From: Heterodontus francisci
Lineage: Eukaryota
Assembly (NCBI RefSeq): GCF_036365525.1
Contig: NC_090374.1
Coordinates: 149,137,804-149,201,803 of the forward strand
DNA: 64,000 bases
Direction of reading: 5' to 3'
Shown: positions 13,506 to 26,840 of the stretch, piece after piece
Layout of the letters: each line of letters starts with the position of its first letter
Numbering within the stretch: position 1 is the stretch's first letter
The notes under the pieces: generated by a model
The model's database searches: none
Told to the model about the DNA's origin: nothing
The model's input: the letters and a program-made list of their open reading frames with translations, nothing else
Program-made: the position numbers and the translations under genes

Positions 13506-14489
13506 AATGCCCACATCCTGAGAACAAATAAAAACCAAGTGAGAGTGAACCTAGAAGTGACTTTTGGTGACATTCTTTTGTCTGCTATTTGGTCTGGATA
13601 ATATGTTGATGTTGAAAATAAATAACAGGCTCGTGATACAGTGCTCCCACAGGGAGAGGCTCTCATGGGGGAGCACATCCTGGGAAAACATGGGAATGCA
13701 GCCAACAATTTTACATCCATTCATAACATGCCTGCAATTTCCAGAGATCAATTCCTTGGGAGCATCAGAGCATGGAATCACCCCACTATGTGCAATCATC
13801 TATACTAGCATGGTCCCAAAATATAAAACGAGGGAATACTGCACATATCCTGATATAACCTCTATTATACTCCCCCAAATCAAAGATTTGGTACACTCCA
13901 CATACCCCAGTATACTCTCCACTCTACCTCTTCTAAAAATAAAAAATAGGTATACACCATACGCTGTGGTTTACCCTCCGCCACAGCCTTTCCAAAAATA
14001 AAAAAGTTTACTCCATAGATCCTAGTATACTGCTCTAAAATAAAAAGATAGCACCCACCTATCTGCTCGACACACTCATTGGTCTACTCTCAACCACCAT
14101 CCTGGGGGTAACATCTTGGGGAGGAAATTGGTGAGGACAAATTTAAAAAAAAGAGATATGAGAGGTTAGATTAAAAACGAGTAAAAAATAAAAATAAGAC
14201 ACAGAACATGAGGAAGCAAATGGGGAAAGCAGAGACAAAAAAGTAGGGAGAATTCAAGTGTTTAAAATGTTTTGTTTTTAATTAAAATAATGCAGGAAGT
14301 GTTTGTTCTAACTCCAAAAGCTTTTAATATTACTGCAGTAGAGCTCTCAAATCAGTGTCATTGCTATAACAATAGCCTCCCACTAAGGCCTTATAATGGC
14401 ATAAGCAATATGTCATGCAAAGCATGATATATTATTCTGCTGCACAGGTGAACCTGTGTGTAACCAGCCTATTACTTTAAGGCCAGAAA

Positions 14490-15420
14490 TCTTAACAGCA
14501 ATAACTTGCATCTTTAACATAGCAAAACATCCCAAGGTGCTTCACAGGAGCATAATCAAACAAAAATTGACACCAAGCCAAAGGAGGAGATATTAGGAGA
14601 GGTGACTAAAAGCTTTATCAAAGAGGCAGATTTTAAGTACTGTTTTGAAAGAGAAGACAAAGGATGAAGAAGCGAAGACATATGAGGATGGAATTCCAGA
14701 GATTAGGGCCTAGATAGCTGAAGGCTCATATAAATAAGCATATCTTCAGGTCTGTAAGATCATAAAGGTCCCTCTGTAGATTGGCAGCTGCTTGTAAAAT
14801 CCTGACTACGACACAATATCAGGGAAAACAGTAGTTGACTGGCTTTCTTTCCTAAGATCATAAGCTCATAAGAAATAGGCAAAGCAAGCCATTCAGCCCC
14901 TCGAGCCTGCTCCACCATTCAATAAGATCATGGCTGATCTGATTGTGGCCTTAACTCCACTTTCCTGCTGCCCCCCCCCCCCCCCCCCACCGCCATAACC
15001 CTGGACTCCCCTGTAGATCAAAAATCTGTCTAACTCAGCCCTGAATATATTCAATGACCCAGCCTCCACTGCTCTCGGGGTAAGAGAATTCCAAACTCTA
15101 ATGACCCTCTGGAGAAGAAATTTCTCCTCATCTCCTTCCTCTTTTTAAATACTTTTGATAGTTTGAAGCATGAAATCCCGAAGTATCAATTACACAGAGT
15201 CTACAGCGCAGAAACAGGCCATTCTGCCCAACTGGTCTATGTTGGTGTTTCTACTCCACACAAGCCTCCCCTGACTCTAAACACCTCTTCCCACTCTGCC
15301 CCAGTATCCCTTCTCCCTCATATATACATCAAACCTCGCCCCGCTCCTTAAAAGTGTCAATGCTATGTGCTTCAACCACTTCAAGTGGTAGCAAGCTCCA
15401 CATTCTCAACACTGTCTCTG
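14490..15420 (-). mobile_element. Cluster of LINE 3' fragments (L2-like ~14490-14725; CR1 ~14860-15135 and ~15190-15420)
   Basis: Reverse-complement L2/CR1 3' ends resembling other copies in the window. Confidence 0.6.
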
Positions 15421-15514
15421 TAAAGAAACTAATTGGACTGCAGATAAATTAATGGTTCTGCCAACAAAACTGTATTATCATGGTCTAAAATCAGCTAGCA
15501 CCTTGGTCGATGGG

Positions 15515-15900
15515 GGAGTGAGTCTTTGGCTCAGTGGTAGCATTCCCACTTCTGAGTAAGAAGGTGAAAGTTGAGCCCACCCTAGACAGTCCTGTTAATT
15601 GGGTTAGTATTCCCACATCAGTCAGAAGGGTTGGGTCCAGGGAGCAAGGACTGGAGTGCAGGCTCAGAAGACTGGGTTGACTTGCCTCCAATGTTTGCAG
15701 ATGGAAACCCCACCCTCAATATAAAGGGTGGGTGGGACTCCTCAGCCTAAGTAGCAATCCACCTAGGAGTAGGTACTTCGGGGAGAAACACCGTAAGGAA
15801 GGCAATAAGAAATCACCTCAGCTACGCTTCGCTAGTATGTAGCATAAGAATCTCTCATGTGAGACTTGAGTTAGGACCCGCTGAAGAGGCAGAATACACT
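15515..15900 (+). mobile_element. Old tRNA-headed SINE-like element
   Basis: A-box-like tggctcagtggtag and degenerate B-box; downstream ggaaggcaataagaaatcacctc motif. Confidence 0.45.
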
Positions 15901-16989
15901 TAGTTGATACACAGTTCCCCGTTACAATTTCATGTCTACAACTAGTAATAACCAGTTTCATTTCAATGTTATTATACAAATTGATGCATAAGAAAACTAA
16001 CAGAGGGAATTGTAGTTATAGTTACATAATACTGAACTTCTATGTTGCAAGTTAATTTTGCCCAAAACACAAGCTGCAGTGGCTACCTTTTCTTGTTCAT
16101 TTATGTTGCTCATTGCATCAATGAATAAATGTCTTGGCAGGTGAATTCTGAAGACCCAGTCGGCTCTGACATAGTGTCTCCCCCGTAAGTCAATGAAAAA
16201 AGTTCAGAAGATCGAACAACCATCAACAAACTACACCATTTTTTCAAAGCCATAAAGCTCTTATGTCAGATTTCACTAAGTTCAGGAGTTTCTACTGCCT
16301 GTCTCTGAGCAGCCAGTCGACAGTTTGATCTGGTTGGTCCCTGGTTCTTAATACAAACTGACTCTTAGGGCAGTTAAACTCCAAGCTGGCTGTGGGATTG
16401 TCAATTTCCCCAGTGCTGTATTGGAGAACACAGCTGAAGTGTCAATTTCATTGTCACTTTGTCCTTTCAAACTGACGGGATGGAGCTGAAGTCAGCATGC
16501 TGAGCCAGGGAACTGTATCTGGCAGTAATTAGTAACAATCAAGAGACTAGGAGAGTGCTGACTGCAGCATTTACACAGCCTGCAGGTGTCATTGGCTTGC
16601 AAATGGAAGCAAAGCTTATGAATGCAGCAGGAACTACTAGTTGCTGTGATTCAACCGATTGTCCATTTCTTTCATTCACTAGACAATAGTACAAGTTGAG
16701 ACACTTGGGGCTGGATTTTCAGTCCAGAGTCAGGAACCCAACGCACATATAATTTCCGGGTCCCGACCCCACATCGCGTCAGCATCAGCGATGTGACGCA
16801 ATTTTCATATTCATAGAGGCGAGTTTGGCCTCCAATTAGCAGCGCCAGGAGTGGCCTGAAGGTGGAACCCAGTAACCAAGGGCCCTTCGAAAAGGCAAAC
16901 GGCAGCCATGACTGGGATTGCCATTCTCTGATAAGGTGGAGTAGCAGGAACCTTGGCCCGGCCAGTGCTGGCACAGGCAGGCACCACAG

Positions 16990-18750
16990 TGGCACAAAAA
17001 TTCTCCGATGCCTCCCTGAGGCTTTAACTAATGCAGTGGCAGACAGGACAGAAATCTTGATCCCACTATCTGGAAGAACAAACGCACCTAGAAACACAAA
17101 GAGGGCCTGGATGGAGGTGGTAACAGAGGTCAGAAGCCGAGAAGTGACCAGCAGGACATGAGTCCAGTGTAGAAAGTGATTCAATGACCTGATAAGGTCT
17201 GGAAAGGTGATGGCAAGTGATATCCGGGTGAAAGGTCTTCAACTCTGTATAGATGAGCATGCAGATGAGCTGAGCTGACTGGGTGCCCATAATTCTCCCA
17301 ACATTGTCAGATCAAGTGGCCAGTTGCATCACTGAGCTGTGAGCAACTCTCACATATGGGGCACAATTGAGAAGGGGGCATCACTGAGGAACACAACAGT
17401 TCATGTGAATGTCATGCTGGAATAGATGAATTCCCAGAAATCATTGTCTCCTCATCCTGCACGATGAGGGAGCACAACTCCCGTGAAATGTCTCGGATGG
17501 ATGGTGGTGTGCTGGACCTCCACACTGACCCCAATGGAGGAAGCAGCACTGGAGATTGTGAGGGTGCCACCATGTCAGGCCATGGGCAATAATGAGACGG
17601 GAGGTTGTGAAGTGTAGGGTCATTTGCTAGCTCTATCTTCGGGTGAAGGGTTTGGAGGACACTGCTACCCCTGCGCATGGTGGCTGTACAACCGCTATCA
17701 TCTATAAGGTTGGTTGTACTGAGGCACGTGCTGAGTAGCTGAATTCTCATCACCACCCTCTTGTGTTTCCCACAGGGCCAGTAACGGATGGGAGCAGAGT
17801 GTCCCAGCCCAGTTATCACAGGCCTCCTCGGCAGAGAGAGATGTTCCAGAGCCTGCACCATCACATCATTCCGCCACAACATCCACCAGTGCAGACACAG
17901 TCAACGTGGTTGGACCACAATCAAGATTAGAAGAGGGAGCACTGGGTGAGCAGCACATCATGAGTGAGCAGGAGGAGGAGGGTGAAGCAGAGTCAGCTGT
18001 GGGCCGTCCACCTCGGAGGACGGAGGACAGACACAGCCCTGCTCTGCTGGGCGAAGATGCTGGGCTTTGGGTGTCACCCCCAAGGAGGGTTTTTCTGAAG
18101 CATCAGGGGCAGATGATTTCCCACATGTCGGAGCTCCCTGAGGCATTGTGGAGCCAGGGACAGACAATGGAGGAGGCCACGCAGTGCACGTGCACTGTTA
18201 TGACAGTGGTTTGAGTGCATCAGCTTCTCCATTGAAAGAGTGGCCAACCTCTCAGAGAGCCATATGCAGCACCACTCTGAGTGGGTGCAGGAGCAGTGCA
18301 CTGACATGCACAGGAAGAGTGAGACTCTCTATAGCATTGACTATTCAGTGCCAATGATGGCGCAGAGATGCTTGGAGTGGATGTCAGCTGCGTCCCAGCT
18401 GATGGCCCCATGCAGCATGCAAGGGCACCATGAAAGGGCTGAGGAAGTCGAAGAGGCTGATGAGAGGGCCACCCCTCAGGGGACACTGGCGTCATCCCTC
18501 GCCTCCTCGGCTTCTCAGACTGAGGAACCATCCTTGCCGCAAGGCCCTGTGACAAAGGCTGCCCCTGCAATGATGCAGGTGAGGCAGCCTGTACAGGACT
18601 CCCACAGGCACTTCCAAGACAAGGACAGAAGCCAAGGGCATCTCAGCCGTGAGAAGAGACAAGGGAGCAGGATTCCTCCACCTCATCCTCAGCCACAGGG
18701 GGAGCACCCCATAGGAGCAAACGCAAATGCAAGACGTCACGTCGTTAGTT
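16990..18750 (+). pseudogene. Harbinger Myb/SANT-like DNA-binding protein, spliced, decayed
   Basis: EALTNAVADRTEIL...TKRAWMEVVTEV...RT*VQCRK*FNDL trihelix-like motif; donor after 17206; acceptor ttgtgtttcccacag ending 17775; acidic low-complexity C-terminal part. Confidence 0.75.
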
Positions 18751-19164
18751 GCACTTTATCGGTCACAGTGATGTTTTCTCAATTTGTTTGTTCTTCGACT
18801 TTTACTATAATAATAACTGCTTATGCTTTTGCTCAGACTTGTGTGTTATTATTGCTTGATTTCAAAAGGGAAATGGAGTTTGGGGGTGGGTGAGTGATGG
18901 TGTCGGGGGGTGGGGTGCGGGTACTGAATTTGCTGTAGTGCTTCAGATGTGTGTGTCTGCCGGATGATCTCTTTCTCTGATGGAAGGTGAGCAACAGAGT
19001 CATCTGTCATAAGGGCTGAGCGAAGGTCAAGTGAAACGTTGCTGAATTAGCCACGCCAGCCTGCCCATCGCCTTGAGCCCTGGGATAGCCTTGGTAGTTT
19101 CCCTCCAATGTCTGGGCGCCGGGCACCTCTGGAGCAGGTCCTTTATCCTCCTTCCTCCTCTCAG

Positions 19165-20050
19165 TCCTCCTCCAAGGAAGAGTGGTGTTCCAGGTTCTCC
19201 TCTTTATCCAGCTCCTGGCCTCTTTGTATTGCCATGTTGTGCAGCACGCAGCAGACGACCACAAAATTAGACACGCTGGCTGACTTGTACTGAAGGGCAC
19301 CACCCAAGCAGTCAAGGCAACAGAAGCGCATCTTCAAGATGCCAATGGTCTGTTCAATGCAGCTTCGTGTTAGGAGATGGCTCTGGTTGTCGTGTCTCTC
19401 CCCATCCATGTCTGGGTGCCTGATGGGGGTCAGGAATCACCTTATCCCCCAGCACCCACCCACAGAATAGGGATGTTGGCCTGAAGAGGTGTGGCCCCTG
19501 GGATTCTCGAAGGATAAAGGAATTATGACAACAGGCTGGGAATTGGGCGCAGACCTGCAAGATGCGCTTCCTGTGATCACAGACCAGCTGCTCATTCAAT
19601 GAGGGCGAGTCTTTGCTGTTCAGGAATCTGGCTGGCTGGTCTGTTGGTGCCTTGATGGCTACATAGGTACAAATCGATGACCCCCTGGACCTGGAGGAAT
19701 CCATCGAATGCGGCAAAGTCCAATGCCCTCTGTGCCTGCGCTGGCCCATCTGTCTCAAAATGAATGCAGTTTCCCACCCTCCAGAATAGGGCATCCATGA
19801 CCTGCCTGATGGCATGATAAGCTGCCGACTGTGAGATGCCACCCAGGTCCACTGCTGATCCCTGGAATGACCCGAATGCATAAAAAAGCGATGGTCACTT
19901 TGATGGCTGCAAGTAAGGGACTGCCATGGGGGCCATGAGACATCAGGTCATTGTGGATCAAGGTACAAATCTCCAAGGGCATCTGCCTGGATAGGCGCAG
20001 TCTCAGTCATTTGCAGGTAGCTGACTCTTAGGCGGTACACCTGATGTCTT
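19165..20050 (-). pseudogene. Harbinger (HARBI1-like) DDE transposase, frameshifted
   Basis: DLGGISQSAAYHAIRQVMDALF; GFLQVQGVID.TYVAIKAP; SLNEQLVCDH; GWVLGDK; TRSCIEQTIGILKMRF..L; VVVCCVLHNMAI. Confidence 0.9.
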
Positions 20051-21659
20051 GAGTGGTGCCTTCTTCCCCTTTCAGCCCCTCACTGTGCTCCTCTGGCCTC
20101 CTCATGACCAGGAGGATACATCTGCTGAAGCTCCTCCTCGCTGCTCTGGCCAAAGTCAGATTAGCCTGCTCCCATGTCAACTCCCTCAGCTGGCATTCGG
20201 TCATTCACCAGGGCTTCCTCTGCCAACCTCTGCTGCCCAAGTGATGCCAGCAGCCTCACATCCCTCCCAAGAGTCCTACCACTCACCGTTCACAATTGCA
20301 AGTCTCTCAGCACCAGCGATGGAAACTCTATGCCACTGAGTTGACCAGCTGGGCGTTATTCTCCAATTCTTAAGTACGTTGACCACTAGCATTCATGGTT
20401 TCCTGCGTGTCCATGAGAGCTACACCCTGCCATGTGCCAGACCTCCCAAATGAAAATTTCAAACTGTTCCTCTGAAGCCTTTTAATTACCTCAACAATGA
20501 GCTCAACACCCATTTGATTGGAGGCCTGCAGGTTTCCAGCTCCCCACCCCCACAGCCTTCCCTTTGAAAATCACGTTGCATTCTGGAGGCATCAAGTTCC
20601 AGTGATGCCTTCCAGGAACACAACTTTCAATGGGTGCCTACACCTGCACTTAACCCCCACAGGCAATTGAATATTCAGCCCTTGGTCATTTACAGAGGGA
20701 ATGCTGAAGCTAATAATGCGACATCTTTCAATTTTTAAGATTTTTCACCTCTTACTAAAGAATGGCCGGAATTAAAATTTAAAGGCCAAATATTAGCTAC
20801 TGTAACAACCTCCATACTGGCTGAGCCCTTAAGCTTAAAGTTTTGAGTCTTTTATCTACACCTCTGTGCATCCTTTGCAGTTACTGCACTGCACATGTTT
20901 GTAATTAACTAAGTGTCATTCCGTTTACCATAATATGGCTTGACCTTATGTCATTTTGGGGTCAATTTTAACTTGCTGAAATTGGCATTAATGGGGTGAT
21001 AATGGCCTCAAAACGGGGTCAGTAGAGATATCGCCCCATTAGTGTCAACACTGCATGCAATGCCAGGCATGAAACTGGCAATATTGGGTCTGCACCCATT
21101 ATATGCCTGCCTGATTTTCTTTTCTATTAGGCAGGCATCAAGATCGGCGCAGGCTTGGCGAGCCGAATGGCCTGTTCCTATGCTGTACTGTTCTTTGTTC
21201 TAATCATGGCGGGCTGGGTAACAGGCGGCTGTTTACCATAGCCCATTTTACACCCCGCTAAAGTTGAAAGTTTGGCCCACCATTTTTACAGGGAGCCTTC
21301 CCTTGGTTGGAGGACTGCCCGCCTGTTCCAGGCACAAGGTCCCTTTTAGGAAGCAAACTGGGTTTCTGGAACATACATAATATACATACATAGAACCCCA
21401 ATTGGCACTTCAGCACAGAACTGGTGTGACCATGTGCCTTGCACTCTCTGATCAGTTTCATCGATGATAGAGCTGAAGAGGTAAAGGAAAAGATAAATAA
21501 TAAATAATCTGGGCCACTACTGTCTCCACACGTGTGCACACGTCTGGGGACACCACTTTGGAGCTCTAAGGTCACTACTTGTGCCCAAAACACAGCGCTA
21601 ATGAGCCCAATTTCTCGCTTTTTATCTCTTGGATAACTGCCACTATTTTATCTGTCCGT

Positions 21660-22506
21660 TGTTACAACCCAGTGAGGAAGGTATCCAAGGGTCCCTCTCA
21701 ACCTTCAACTGGTCTTACCTAACAGGGTTTAATTTTAAACACACCGTGCTTTAGCTCCCGCTTGGTGAATCCTTGTTCACCACTTTCCAATTATAAGGCA
21801 AAGAAACTAGCACAAACAGGCTTTCTTAGGTTTAAAGAAGAAAAGTTGACATTTTTTCGACTTGAATTTAAACTCTAATTCGATTGACGTCTTCGGATAC
21901 ACGATACGCCCACTCTAGCATGCATACGCGATACACACATGCAAATAGAGACAGAAAAGAAAGAGAAGAAAAATAAAGTGGAAAAGTTTGAGGCAATATC
22001 TGAAGAGCTTTTGTTATGGTTCTTCGAGCTCACTGTAGAGTCCTTGATTGTAGGTAGATCTTGCTTTTCGTTGGGCCCCAGTATTCTTCTTAAACCTTGT
22101 TCACTGTAGGAGACTTTTCTTTCTCGGGGTTCATGTGGCTTCAGTGGATTCAGAGGCATGTGAGAAAGAGATGGGAGCAGACAGGAGAGATTTTCTCAGT
22201 CCAGGAGCAAACAGTCTTTCTGAGTTCAAATTCACTGTGGCCAGTTCAAAAGAAAACACAGGAACAGCCAGTTAGTCATGTGACCAGCTGGTGTAACCAG
22301 TCCTGGCCCTTGTGGATTCTATCCTCCTTAGCAGGCCCTGGAATATGCTTCTTCACCTTTGATGTCTGTTAGTATCTAAATGTCTTTTTCCAGCCATGGC
22401 TGATCTGTTTAACAAGTCATTTCCTCGCTCCAACAACAGTTAAACATCAATGTTCTTGACAAAATTGATGTGCCTCATTCTTGGCAGGTGGGGGCATGGC
22501 ATGACA
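21660..22506. mobile_element. Probable solo LTR (~850 bp)
   Basis: TGTTACAAC...CATGACA termini, non-coding; no convincing TSD seen. Confidence 0.45.
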
Positions 22507-23149
22507 ATGATGATAAAACAAAACCATACAGAGTGAAATATAGTAAAAGTAAATTCATTTACTGCATTTCCAGTGATCATTGTGTAACGCTCAATGAGTT
22601 TTCTTAGTATCTTTGCCCCTGGTGTCTCTGTGTTCTTCGTGGATATTTAGTGCTGCTAATTCCTCCTCTCCTGGGGAAGTAGCACTGGTAGATGGCTGGA
22701 GAAACAAGTACAGAACGACAGAGATGCTGTGATCCACTGGCTGCATCTGTAACCACTCCTGATCTGACATCAATATCAAGGGACTGAAGCAATGGCAATG
22801 GGCTCACCATGTTCAGAGGTTGAGCTTACTGGCACTTGTGTACAGCTAAGTGATGACACACAACTGTTGCTGGCATGAGTGCCACCCTGCCGATGCCCCT
22901 GTGCTGCTCCACACATGCCACTGCTGGACGTTAAGTCTTCAACATGCCCATTGATCTTTGGGATCTTAGAACAATGGGGCATCAAGCAACTGTTAACTCC
23001 TACCTCAGGCCTACCGTGATTGTTGAAGCCAGCTTGGACACCAAACCCCTCATACGAGTGGAGGCAGCATTCAAAGGAGATGCCCCGCAAAATTGATGTG
23101 GTCACTACAGATTTCACTGGTGTTGCCAAGTGCTTAGCTACAGATTGGA

Positions 23150-24275
23150 GACACTAAGAGGTGAGGCGAGAGTGACTGCCCTTGACATCAAGGCAGCATT
23201 TGACTTGAGTATGGCATCAAGGAGCCTTAGCAAAACTGAAGTCAATGGGAATCAGGGGGATAACTCTCCGCTGGTTGGAGTCATACCTAGCACAAAGGAA
23301 GATGGTTGTGGTAGTTGCAGGTCTATCATCTCAGCTCCAGACATCACTGCAAGAGTTCCTCAGGGTAGTGTCCTAGGCCCAACCATCTTCAGCTGTTTTG
23401 TCAATAGCCTTCCTTCCATTATAAGGTCAGAAGTGGGGATGTTCGCTGATGATTGCACAATGTTCAGCACCATTCATGACTCCTCAGATACTTAAGCAGT
23501 CCGTGTAGAAATGCAGCAAGACCTGGACAATATCCAGGCTTGGGCTGATAAGTGGCAAGTGACATTTGTGCCACACAAGTGCCAGGCAATGACCATCTCC
23601 AACAAGAGAGAATGCAACCATCTCCCCTTGACATTCAATGGCATTACCATCGCTGAATCCCCCACTATCAACATCCTCGGGGCTACCCATTTACCAGAAA
23701 CTGAACAGGAGTAGCCATATAAATACCGTGGCTACAAGAGCAGGTCAGAGGCTAGGAATCCTGCGGCGAATAACTCACCTTCCGACTCCCCAAAACCTGT
23801 CCACCATCTACAAGACACAGGTCAGGAGTGTGATGGAATACTCTCCACTTGCCTGGCATGCAATCCACAAATATTCACTCCCTCCACCACCGACGCACAG
23901 TGGCAGCAGTGTGTACCGTCTACAAGATGCACTGCAGCAACACACCAAGGCTCCTTTGACAGCACTTTCCAAACCCACAACCTCTACCAACTAGAAGGAC
24001 AAGGGCAGCAAATGCATGGGACCACCACCACCTGCAAGTTCCCCTCCAAGTCACACACCATCCTGACTTGGAACTATATCGCCGTTTCTTCACTGTCGCT
24101 GGGTCAAAATCCTGGAACTCGTTACCTAACATCACTGTGGGTGTACCTACACCACATGGACTGTAATGGTTCAAGAAGGCAGCTCACCACCACCTTCTCA
24201 AGGACAATTAGGGATGGGCAATAATTGCTGGCCTAGCCAGCAACGCCCACATCCCATGAATGAATTTAAAAAAAA
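23150..24275 (+). mobile_element. 5'-truncated CR1-group LINE (same family as 35147-38085)
   Basis: ALDIKAAFD, VPQGSVLGPTIFSCF, MFADD; tail cccacatcccatgaatgaa plus A-run. Confidence 0.9.
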
Positions 24276-24689
24276 GTAGTGTGTCCAACCTTAGCCACCC
24301 AGTGAAGTTGCTGCAGATAAAGCATGGGCCTGATACTGAACCATGGTCCATTGGAAATCAACCCCAGTGACAAGATACCCCATAATTCAGGAGGTGCCCT
24401 GCATCAGGTGATCCCTAATCCATTGCCATCACTTCATTCACTCAGGTTTACTCTTCACTTTGGTGTTCTCCTGCAGTGTGTGTATATGTGCTTCAGGTTT
24501 GGGTGGTGGTGATTGGTGCTCAGGTTAGTGGTGGTCTTTGTATACACTGTATTGAACAAGGCAACTCTTTGTTCTATGAAGAGAGCACATAGGATATCAT
24601 GAGTGCATAAGCACACTTATTCATTTGTATACTGTAAGTATATAATGCTTATACATAGACACATTCATTAGATCTGGACAATTTTAAAA

Positions 24690-24930
24690 AGAAAAAGCTG
24701 TCGGATTGTGGTAAAAACCCAACTAGTTCACTACTGTCCTTTAGAAAAGGAAACCTGCCATCCTTACCCGGTCTGGCATGTATGTGATTCCAGTCCCACA
24801 ACAACATGCTTGGTTCTGAAGTGCCCTAACAAACCATTCAGTTGTATTAAACCACTACAAAACTGTCCACTTCTCAATGGCAACTGGAGATAAGCAATAA
24901 ACGCTGACCTTTCCAGCAACACCCACATCT
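24690..24930 (+). mobile_element. Head+tail (bipartite) SINE fragment related to the 35147-38085 LINE
   Basis: Matches the LINE 5' region (aaaaaccca.ct.gttcacta..gtccttt...cagttgtattaaacc) joined to the LINE 3' tail. Confidence 0.75.
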
Positions 24931-26840
24931 AGAGATGATTTTTTTTTTAATTCTCCAATCTTTCACCATAACTCAGAATGCTGACACTACAGATCAGCCT
25001 TGTGACTCTTCTTGCTCTGTCTTCAATGCTTGAATGCCTCCCTTGTGCCTTGGCGACAAGAACTGGACCCAGTGCTCAAGGGGAGGTCTGACCAAAGCCC
25101 TGCACAGTTTAGCATTACCTCTTCTAACTTGTATTCCACTGTTTTGGCTCTATGTAGTTCAATAGCCTATTGGTTTTGTTGATTGCTGCTCTGTGTTGCT
25201 TGGACATTTTGAACATTGAGCCTATTAGACTCCTAGGTCTCTTGCGACCTTCCTTAGGTATTTCAATACCATGGGTACACATTGCCCATTTTTGTTTCCC
25301 ATGTGCACACTTTACATTTATCTGTGTTGGATTTTATCTTACATTGTTCAGGCCACTTGGATATGTTATCCAACTCACTCTGAAAGGTTGTTGTGGCATA
25401 GAGCGCAAATCATAATCATTATTATCATGGCACTTGGCAGTATCTCTGCAAACACTTCCAATTCCTGCACAACACCTTCCATAGTCTCCATCCCAAATAA
25501 TTTAGCCGTTGCTTCCTCATATCCAGTGAGTTGTTTCTGATCGTATCACCCACCACCTGTTCTGGTTACCTGCCTACTTTGGCTTAAACAGAACAGCAGT
25601 GAGATAGAGACAGGGTGATTGGCCCATGGAAATTCCTTCATACAATGTATTTTCTTTCCTATCACAGCCTGTTTAAATTTCTACTACATGACTTGGTACA
25701 TCATTATTAACATTTATCTGTTCGCTCATACAACATTTTTGGTCCATACTTTTAGCAGCCATGACTTTCTTTGACAACTGTTCATGTCCTCTGCTACTAC
25801 TCCATTCATGCTTTACTGTTGTGCCCTCTTTAAGTTACGTGACTTCTTGCAAACTTCCACCAGGTCCTCCTGATCATAGACAACGAGTTCACTCTTTCTG
25901 GGTCATCTCCTTTACATATTTTGTGGGCTCTCATTATCCATCTATAATCAGTGGTGATGCTACATTACAATGGTTACTTGGGCATTGATGGCCTGGTCTC
26001 TAAATTAGACTTTGCTTCCACTTCACTATACCATTCTTCTCCAAATCTGATTTAATGAACTTTGACTCGTACACTGCTTAAAAGTCTCATGAGCTGCTTG
26101 AAGAACATTAAAAAGGTTCATTGTTACAGGTGAGTCTCTCACAAGTCCTTTGTTTTCAAACTCCTCATTCCTGTCACTTCAAGGTCATAATTCATCAAGA
26201 AAAATTGGCATCCTACCCATTCTTTTTTTCAAGTCATGGAAAATATAGCCCAGTGTTTATGCTCCTCTCAAAACGAGAACTCTCAATTTTTTTTTTTAAA
26301 CCCTCTCTACGTCACACATTTTGTACCAGATGGAGTTTACTGTATTAAAATTACTGCAGTGAATGAAGCTCTCAATATAATGCAGACAATGCCACAAGTG
26401 GCACTTCCTATGCATTTTTACGTATTGTGTCAGTGATACTTAACAAGCTGTCTGCCAATTTGACATCTGTGACAACATGCCTGCTGTTAGCACAGTCTAT
26501 AATATTTGTAACCAGCCAATCCTCATGAATATGGTCATAATTTTTCCAGAAGGCAAAAGGGACCAAAGTCCCAAGATCGTCATCCATGCACCTGTCTTAG
26601 GTTTCCTCCCTTCAAATTAGAATAGGGAGTGAATGCAGCACACCTGAACTGATCACTGGGCCAAAGAAGAAAACATTCGGACAGTTGGCCAAAAGTTTGG
26701 TCCAAGAGGTAGGTTTTAAAGAGGAAACAGCAGAGGAGAGATTTTGGGAGGGAAAGACAAGACAGCTGAAGACACTGCACCCAATGGCAGGGCAAAGAGA
26801 GTAGGGGATGGACAAGAGGCTGGAATTGGAGGAACACAGA

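Larger units (their letters stand above)
16708..20681. mobile_element. Full-length but decayed PIF/Harbinger DNA transposon (3974 bp)
   Basis: TIRs GGGCTGGATTTTC / GAATATTCAGCCC; TSD TTG/TTG; convergent Myb/SANT gene (+) and DDE transposase (-). Confidence 0.92.

Noticed and set aside
19165-20050. Domesticated host HARBI1 gene
   Set aside because: Frameshifted, inside TIRs and a TSD, with a paralogous remnant at 3.7-4.4 kb.
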